DNA from: a virus
Taxonomy: Duplodnaviria > Caudoviricetes
DNA length: 64,000 nucleotides
IMG/VR virus record: IMGVR_UViG_3300031853_000003
Span: 32,001 to 96,000 of that record
Strand: one strand, 5' to 3'
Part shown: piece by piece, positions 57,742 to 64,000 of the stretch
Position numbering within the stretch: position 1 is the first letter of the stretch
Layout of the letters: every line of letters begins with the position of its first letter
Notes under the pieces: model-generated
Databases searched by the model: none
Told to the model about the DNA's origin: nothing
Seen by the model: the letters and a program-made list of their open reading frames with translations, nothing else
Program-made: the position numbers and the translations under genes

Positions 57742-60228
57742 ATGTCGTTGAATAAACAGCAACAGGAAGCTGTAAACTCGAACTCAAAGCGACTTCTCTG
57801 CCTAGCTGGTGCAGGCACTGGCAAGACGCATTGTATGTTATCGAGAATATCTAGGCTGGTAAACGATGGCGCAGATCCGTTGTCCATTCTTGCACTTACA
57901 TTCACTAATGCTGCTGCGTTTGAGATGAAGCAGAGGTATACTGCGAGCAATCCGGGGCAGAGAATACCTGAGTTCAGAACCTTTCACAGCTTCTGCTACA
58001 GTATACTGTTAAAGAATCAAAATGTCAGAAAGGCCTTAGGATATGCTTCTATCCCAAAAGTATGTACTGCAGAAGATGTGAAGCGTATCACTGCACAAGC
58101 TATTCAGTCAATGTCAATCACATTGAGTAAAGCTAAGCTCACAGGTAAGGGGACACTAACTCCTCAAGAAGAAGCACAATACAAGCTCTACAAGAAGCAG
58201 TTCAAGCGTCTGCTTCGAAAAGAGAATCTCATCACCTTCGGTATTATGTGTTATGACATCTGCCGTCTGTTTGTGCAAGATCAGCCGTATCTTGCAGAAT
58301 ACAAGAACAGATTCAAATACATATTTGTAGATGAGTTCCAAGATACTGATACAGAGCAGTTCGACTTCGTTCAGTGTTTTCCTGATTCGTATGTTACATG
58401 CGTTGGAGATGCACTTCAATGCCAACCTGCTGGAACGCTTGTTACTATGTCTGATATGACTGTAAAACGCATAGAAGATCTAAACATCGGAGATTACTTG
58501 TTGACCTATGTTCCACGAGAAGGTAGATACGTCAGAAATCTGAGACGCAAATCAGGTAATCTCAATCGATACACAAAACGAGTTGTAGGCATATCTACCC
58601 ACTATGCAACAAATATTGTAAGATTAAGCACTGAGCATTTTTCTAGCTGTTATACAAAAGACCACATAACATATGCTAAGATACATCATGAAGGTAATGA
58701 AAAAGCGCATGTTACATATTTGATGAGTAACGACCGGGGATGGTATCGAGTAGGTAGTACGAAGCTGTTTTTGTCTTCGCAAGGATCAGCATTTGGCCCA
58801 CGGCTTAGATTGCAGAGCGAAAAAGGTGATAGGGTCTGGATACTTGGAGTATATCAGTCTGCTCAAGAAGCTTGGTTGAACGAACAGCTTGTAGCATACA
58901 AATTTGGGATACCTCAAGTAACATGGGATCATACCAACCTAAAGTTTGGCATCAACGAACTGGAGCAACTCTATGAAAATCTAGGAGATCTGTCAGAGAA
59001 AGCAATTACATGTTTATCTGCATACGGTCGTGATATGAAGTATCCGCTCTTCACAAAAGATGATCTATTCCTACACTTCTCAAAATTGCATATGTTTGAA
59101 TGTCGTGTAGGTAATCTGATACCAGGAATATTTGATCTTGTATATGTAGATCAACGATATACTAGAAGCATGGGAAACACACTTTTCAACAATTATGAAG
59201 TATTACAGTCGGTCGAACCTGTAGAAAATCAAATAGTTTATGGACTAGAGGTGGAAGGTAACCACAATTACGTAGGAGATGGGTTGCTTACGCATAATTG
59301 CATCTATTCCTTCCGTGGCGCTGACAGCTCAATCATAATGGACTGTGCAGAGAACGGTCAATGGGATGTTGTAAAGCTGTATGAAAATTATCGTTCAAAC
59401 TCAACCATCTGCAAGTTCGCAAATGAAAACAGCACCTATGCGAAAGACTCATACCGCATAGCCATTCACGGACAACGAGAAGGCGACCCTGACAGCGTAC
59501 AGGTGTTCCGAGTAGACAAGGTAGGATACGGAAAAGAGCTTTCATCTGACACAATTGAGCTCCTAAACTCATTTCCTTGGGATACCGTCAAAGGTACACT
59601 TGCTATCCTTGCGAGGAGCAACTCAGAGGTTGATGCACTCCAGGCCTATCTTACAGATCTAGGTGTACCCTTTGTGTCTGGTAGGAAGAAGTTGGACAAT
59701 GTATACATATTGAGATCGGTCATTGATTCCGAATTCATGGTAGACTGGTTGACTACTTATCTCAATGCAGATGATTATTCTAACTACATCCGATACCTCG
59801 CTATTGAAGCTGACGAAAATCCGATAAATGTGCTCCTGAATCATTTCGGTCGTCATCCTAAAATTTCGTTCTTCTTAAGGAAGATAAGTACCATTCGCAA
59901 GATATTCCAGACAGATCTGCCTAGGATGACAAAGCTCTGCAATATCCTAGAGGTTTTAGATGTCAAAGACGTGATGATTGAAGAAGAGCCTGAGAACGCA
60001 AGAGATGCTATTGATTATCTTATTCGGCTCATTGACGGTGATCCGGAATCAAACATCTATGTAGGCACAATCCACTCGTCAAAGGGCTTAGAGTACGATA
60101 CTGTTATACTCGTTGGAGTTGACAGTTACCACTTTCCGTTAAACACAGAAGAAAACAAGAACCTATACTACGTAGGTATAACAAGAGCAAAGGAGAAGCT
60201 ATATGTCTTCAAACAGCGTTACAGATAA
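57742..60228 (+). CDS. UvrD/PcrA-family SF1 helicase interrupted by an intein
   Basis: AGAGTGKT, TFTNAAA, TFHSF, DEFQD, GD..Q|CIYSFRGA, NYRS, TIHSSKGLE, YVGITRA. Confidence 0.9.
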   Translation: MSLNKQQQEAVNSNSKRLLCLAGAGTGKTHCMLSRISRLVNDGADPLSILALTFTNAAAFEMKQRYTASNPGQRIPEFRTFHSFCYSILLKNQNVRKALGYASIPKVCTAEDVKRITAQAIQSMSITLSKAKLTGKGTLTPQEEAQYKLYKKQFKRLLRKENLITFGIMCYDICRLFVQDQPYLAEYKNRFKYIFVDEFQDTDTEQFDFVQCFPDSYVTCVGDALQCQPAGTLVTMSDMTVKRIEDLNIGDYLLTYVPREGRYVRNLRRKSGNLNRYTKRVVGISTHYATNIVRLSTEHFSSCYTKDHITYAKIHHEGNEKAHVTYLMSNDRGWYRVGSTKLFLSSQGSAFGPRLRLQSEKGDRVWILGVYQSAQEAWLNEQLVAYKFGIPQVTWDHTNLKFGINELEQLYENLGDLSEKAITCLSAYGRDMKYPLFTKDDLFLHFSKLHMFECRVGNLIPGIFDLVYVDQRYTRSMGNTLFNNYEVLQSVEPVENQIVYGLEVEGNHNYVGDGLLTHNCIYSFRGADSSIIMDCAENGQWDVVKLYENYRSNSTICKFANENSTYAKDSYRIAIHGQREGDPDSVQVFRVDKVGYGKELSSDTIELLNSFPWDTVKGTLAILARSNSEVDALQAYLTDLGVPFVSGRKKLDNVYILRSVIDSEFMVDWLTTYLNADDYSNYIRYLAIEADENPINVLLNHFGRHPKISFFLRKISTIRKIFQTDLPRMTKLCNILEVLDVKDVMIEEEPENARDAIDYLIRLIDGDPESNIYVGTIHSSKGLEYDTVILVGVDSYHFPLNTEENKNLYYVGITRAKEKLYVFKQRYR
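58420..59298 (+). mobile_element. intein (293 aa) in helicase motif III
   Basis: Starts CQPAGTLV, ends VYGLEVEGNHNYVGDGLLTHN, +1 residue Cys; removal restores GDALQCIYSFRGA. Confidence 0.9.
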
Positions 60229-60412
60229 GGCAGACTACTGCGTGTACTCTGATGATCTTGAAAAGGTCATCCGTTGCAAGGGTTGCGACAAGGAGCTGAC
60301 ATACGGTCAGTCTTACACATCAAAGAATCATCTCACATCTGCAGGTTTCGGCTACTGCATATGTGAAGAGTGTATGGAGAAGGAGTGGAAAGAAAGACAT
60401 GCGAGGAAATAA
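60203..60412 (+). CDS. small zinc-finger protein
   Basis: CKGC...CEEC; AAGGAG SD. Confidence 0.55.
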   Translation: MSSNSVTDKADYCVYSDDLEKVIRCKGCDKELTYGQSYTSKNHLTSAGFGYCICEECMEKEWKERHARK

Positions 60413-60794
60413 CTTAACCGAAGATCTGCTTCTTACTATATCAGATCATCTTTCCGGCAGAAAGGATTGCGTAGGTGTCGAGTATGTTGTCCGTATTGGC
60501 AAGACCGTATCTGACAAGCTGACAGATGAGGACAAGCACCATCTTGTACCATATCAAGACTATCCGGCAGAATCTATCTGTATGTATCCTTCCGTGAAAG
60601 TGTTCCCTGACATTCATCATAGGCACATTGACGACAAAGAACCGATATTGCAACACGTCATCAATCGACACTTTCCGGACCTTTCAACTAACGCAGTAAC
60701 ATATACCGGTGTTGATATCACAAAGCTGATTCCGGGTACATACAAATATGTAATGAATCCTGGAGTTAAACGTCGCCAGTGGAAGCTGCTGTGA
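60399..60794 (+). CDS. hypothetical protein
   Basis: Overlapping start. Confidence 0.5.
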   Translation: MRGNNLTEDLLLTISDHLSGRKDCVGVEYVVRIGKTVSDKLTDEDKHHLVPYQDYPAESICMYPSVKVFPDIHHRHIDDKEPILQHVINRHFPDLSTNAVTYTGVDITKLIPGTYKYVMNPGVKRRQWKLL

Positions 60795-60831
60795 TTCGTT
60801 AAATTTTCTAACAAAGGAGGAATTCACACAT

Positions 60832-62661
60832 ATGAAAATTCAATCTATCTACATGAAGAATCTTCATCGCGTTGATGAAGCGGCCTACACATTTGATGGT
60901 CAGACATATCTCTACGGCCCGAACGGAGCTGGTAAGTCTACCATCCTCAATGCTATTCAGCTTGCCCTTCTCGGGTACATTCCGGGCACAAGTAAGAAGG
61001 TCGCTGATATCTTCAAGCACGCCAAGCGAAGCCCTATGATCGTTGAGATACGACTCGTCGGCGAGAACGGTCCGGTAACTATTCGCAGACGCTGGTCCGG
61101 TAAGAGTACAATCTCGACATCTGTCGAAGTATCACCCGAAGAGTACGACATCAAGTCAGTTATTAAGGATCTGGAACTTCCGGTCTTCAATTTCGGAGAA
61201 TTCGCAGGTATGACAGCCAACCAGCTGAAATCCTGGTTCATTCAGTTTCTGCCGGATGTTGATTCCGAAATCGACTGGAAGAGCATTCTCACATATGAGG
61301 ATGAAATCCGAGATAAGGATCTTATCCCTCAGATCCTTGCGGAGGTTGAAGCGTGCGGAAAGCATGGTGTAGACCTTGTTAAGCACATCAACACCTTCCT
61401 CAAAAACAAGCTCACATTCGTGCAGTCAGAACTCACAAGACAGTCCGCTACGGTACAGTCACTGGTCTTCTATGATGAAGAGGATCTTGGTGCAGAGGAT
61501 CCGTCCAACATCCGAGAGCAGATCAAATCTCTGACAGCTACGCGAAACAACATTGCGTCTCAGAGTAGACTTGTTGCTCAGAAGCAGTCAGTGCTGAAGC
61601 AGATCGCTGATCTCGAAGCTTCTCAGGGACTTGTTGAATCCCGGGATGCAGATGACCGTATCAAAGAGATAGATGCGAATCAGCCCAAGTTCGTCAAGAT
61701 CATCGAGCAGAACGATGCTAAGATCGAAGAGCTCAACGCAGCTATGTCTGACCTGGATCAGACAATCCACGATATGCAATCAGTAATCAACGGAAGTGGA
61801 GTATGCCCGTTCACCTCGAGCGTATGTCCGTCTATCCAGACTATGATCCAGGAGTACACTGGAAAGCTTCCGGAAATCACTAAGCAAAGAGATGAGATGC
61901 TCGCTCAGCGTAATGCACTTCGCAGAGAAAGAGATGACGCATCTACTAAGATGCACACCGACATCCAGACGAAACTCGTACTGTCAAGTGCGTACGGACA
62001 GAGAAATGGCCTCAAGGACACGCTGGCCACTATGTCAGACGTTCCGGATACCGTTCAGACAACTGAGGAAATCGACAAGCAAATTGACCATCTCCAGGAC
62101 ACACTCGTCAAACTCGAAGCGAATGAGAGGTACAATCAGCTCATTGACACCCTCACAGCATCTAAGTATATGCTCGAGCAAGATATCATCATTCTCAAAT
62201 CCTGGATCAAGGCAACTGATGCAAATGGTCTCCAGTCTCGAATGATGTCTGAGCCTTTCAAAGAGCTTGCCGACGATCTTGACAACTACATCCTCGAGAT
62301 GATGCCCGATAACGTATCCAAGGTCAACTTCAACGTATCCGAGAAAGCTAACAGCTTCAGCTTCGGCTTGACCCGCAAGTACGGCGACCAGGAAGTATAC
62401 ATCCCGTATGACATCTTATCAAGCGGAGAGAAGTGTATGTACACAATCGGATTGATGATGTATATCATTGATCACACCAATTCTCCTCTTAAGGTCATTC
62501 TCATCGACGACCTTCTCGACCATGTTGATACAAATCAGCTCAGTAAGTTATGGGATTGGTTGTCTACAACCGACATCCAGATGATCTTCGCAGGTGTTCG
62601 TCAGTGCGACGCTATCGGTGAAGACAGTCCCTGGAACATCGTCAATGTCGAAAGGAAGTAA
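60832..62661 (+). CDS. SMC/Rad50/SbcC-like ATPase (recombination nuclease subunit)
   Basis: GPNGAGKST, coiled coil with central CPF..VC hook, LSSGEK, IDD. Confidence 0.85.
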   Translation: MKIQSIYMKNLHRVDEAAYTFDGQTYLYGPNGAGKSTILNAIQLALLGYIPGTSKKVADIFKHAKRSPMIVEIRLVGENGPVTIRRRWSGKSTISTSVEVSPEEYDIKSVIKDLELPVFNFGEFAGMTANQLKSWFIQFLPDVDSEIDWKSILTYEDEIRDKDLIPQILAEVEACGKHGVDLVKHINTFLKNKLTFVQSELTRQSATVQSLVFYDEEDLGAEDPSNIREQIKSLTATRNNIASQSRLVAQKQSVLKQIADLEASQGLVESRDADDRIKEIDANQPKFVKIIEQNDAKIEELNAAMSDLDQTIHDMQSVINGSGVCPFTSSVCPSIQTMIQEYTGKLPEITKQRDEMLAQRNALRRERDDASTKMHTDIQTKLVLSSAYGQRNGLKDTLATMSDVPDTVQTTEEIDKQIDHLQDTLVKLEANERYNQLIDTLTASKYMLEQDIIILKSWIKATDANGLQSRMMSEPFKELADDLDNYILEMMPDNVSKVNFNVSEKANSFSFGLTRKYGDQEVYIPYDILSSGEKCMYTIGLMMYIIDHTNSPLKVILIDDLLDHVDTNQLSKLWDWLSTTDIQMIFAGVRQCDAIGEDSPWNIVNVERK

Positions 62662-62662
62662 T

Positions 62663-62818
62663 ATGTCACCTCAGGATATCTTGAATTCTGTGAAAGAAGC
62701 GATGCCGGGCCTTGATGGTCCGGCAAAGTACGCTGAATATGAAAGAGCAAAGCAACAATTGTTGTCACAAGGCTACTATGGATATGAGAAGGAGCTTGCA
62801 GACATACTCAACATCTAA
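62663..62818 (+). CDS. small hypothetical protein
   Basis: AAGGAAG SD. Confidence 0.45.
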   Translation: MSPQDILNSVKEAMPGLDGPAKYAEYERAKQQLLSQGYYGYEKELADILNI

Positions 62819-62864
62819 CCTTCCATATGAGTACAATATTGTTATATGGAGGAATACTATACAC

Positions 62865-63350
62865 ATGTTAGAGCTAACAATTGGTGAGAAGCACCGAGTG
62901 AAGGTGGTCAAGTATCTGTCTAAGGGCATACTTGTCAAAGTTGAGGGAGACAACAGTGATAACACAATGTTTATTCATCTGTCGAAGATATCCCCTAAAT
63001 TTGTCACAGACGTATCCGATTTCGTGACGATGGGAGAAGTCTACGAAGCAGAAGTCGTACCTAGTCCTATTCCCGACAAACCATTTGAGTTGTCGCTGCT
63101 TGCGCTGAATCTTCATTCCAAAGCACCTTACACACCTCGTGCTACTTATTCAGATGGTTCGTTAAATAAATCACAGCAATCACATAGAACCCAACCTCCT
63201 AGAGGACATTCTGATCACAAGCCAAAGTATAACAAACAGCGTTCCGAAAGGTCACTTGATGACATGATCAAAGACGTTGAAGCGTCGTACAATGATAAGT
63301 TTCGTGGTAAGGGAGAACCTAGGGGAAGACGACGCAGAAGTCGTAGATAA
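62865..63350 (+). CDS. S1-domain RNA-binding protein (YabR/YugI-like)
   Basis: VKV..GILV...FIHLSKIS..FV.DV..G, ELSL; tail SLDDMIK; ACCTTCCATA at 62818. Confidence 0.7.
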   Translation: MLELTIGEKHRVKVVKYLSKGILVKVEGDNSDNTMFIHLSKISPKFVTDVSDFVTMGEVYEAEVVPSPIPDKPFELSLLALNLHSKAPYTPRATYSDGSLNKSQQSHRTQPPRGHSDHKPKYNKQRSERSLDDMIKDVEASYNDKFRGKGEPRGRRRRSRR

Positions 63351-63361
63351 GGAGAATCAAT

Positions 63362-63754
63362 ATGTCCCCATACAGAGTATTGGCACGATCCAAAGATGGT
63401 AAGCATCTAGTCCTTGCCGCCATGTTGTCAGTAGACAAGAAGTCCCAAGAACGACGAATATTTATCGTTGAAAAGGTGGTTCCAATTTGGGGACAGGAGC
63501 CTAAGAAAGAACGAGTTGAAGAGCTCGCTGATATCGCACATGCGATGGTGACCCGAAAGAATTCATCTATTCTCGCTCAATACAAGATCATAAAGACAGA
63601 GCAGATGACCAAACCGTATAAGGTTTCACGTGTCACATTCAGTAAGACTCTTTACATACTTTCCGGTATGCAGTATCTCCAGTCAGGTTGCTTAGTTGCA
63701 GCTATGGAAGACTTCTGCATCCGAGCAGGTTTTGACATTCTCTATCAATTTTAA
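63362..63754 (+). CDS. hypothetical protein
   Basis: AAGGAG SD. Confidence 0.55.
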   Translation: MSPYRVLARSKDGKHLVLAAMLSVDKKSQERRIFIVEKVVPIWGQEPKKERVEELADIAHAMVTRKNSSILAQYKIIKTEQMTKPYKVSRVTFSKTLYILSGMQYLQSGCLVAAMEDFCIRAGFDILYQF

Positions 63755-63760
63755 GGACTG

Positions 63761-64000
63761 ATGACAATAGCTAGTTCCACACCTAACAACATCGAGTTTG
63801 ATCTGGATCAGATGACTCTGTTTATCGACACTGTACGTAATCAGAAGATTGCAGAGATCGATCAACTGGTATCTGAATTCGATGAATTACGGAAAGAATA
63901 TATGTCTGAGATAGACAAATTGAGGTCTTTCTACGGGCCTCAATTTGTTGCAATCTTAGCACAGATACAATCTAACAACAGGTTCATAGGCGAGGTATCA
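63761..64000 (+). CDS. hypothetical protein (partial, runs off the window)
   Basis: Open frame MTIASSTPNNIEF... to the window end. Confidence 0.5.
   Translation, partial: MTIASSTPNNIEFDLDQMTLFIDTVRNQKIAEIDQLVSEFDELRKEYMSEIDKLRSFYGPQFVAILAQIQSNNRFIGEVS

Noticed and set aside
1-64000. Other minus-strand and alternative-frame ORFs in the track
   Set aside because: All overlap better-supported + strand genes that have SD sites and coupled starts.
1-64000. Stop-codon reassignment (alternative genetic code)
   Set aside because: Long genes are intact in code 11, and TAA, TAG and TGA all occur as sensible gene ends followed by new SD/starts.

Overview
A 64-kb segment of a large, T4-like contractile-tailed (myovirus-type) dsDNA phage. 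The host is most likely a spore-forming Clostridia/Firmicutes, judged from a SpoVT homologue, a sigma-A promoter, GGAGG Shine-Dalgarno sites, RecU, an r1t-type holin and a GH25/CHAP endolysin. Essentially all genes are on the + strand and read normally in code 11. Layout: small early/middle hypothetical genes (1-11.4 kb); tail chaperone, tape measure, baseplate and a battery of peptidoglycan hydrolases (11.5-35 kb); prohead protease/scaffold, major capsid and neck (35.4-39.7 kb); lysis (42.8-45.2 kb); then SNF2 helicase, RecU, HD hydrolase, an intein-containing UvrD helicase, a Rad50/SbcC-like ATPase and an S1 protein, interspersed with acidic proteins. Portal, terminase, sheath and DNA polymerase were not recognised in this window. 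The main observations beyond annotation are: (1) about 10 scattered genes share a basic N-terminal leader ending in [IV]-x-[AS]-[AS], also found in the capsid and protease propeptides, suggesting a capsid-addressing/maturation code for packaged cargo that includes a methyltransferase; (2) two phage-specific promoter-like motifs (ACCTTnnATA, late; wTCGTTAw, middle) partition the genes; (3) a ~440-nt GC-rich, highly paired ncRNA candidate with its own promoter motif and terminal hairpin inside the baseplate cluster; (4) an RNA polymerase omega-like gene; (5) an intein with a GIY-YIG-like insert; (6) a candidate +1 frameshift in the tail chaperone. All product calls are by eye from motifs, with no database search.
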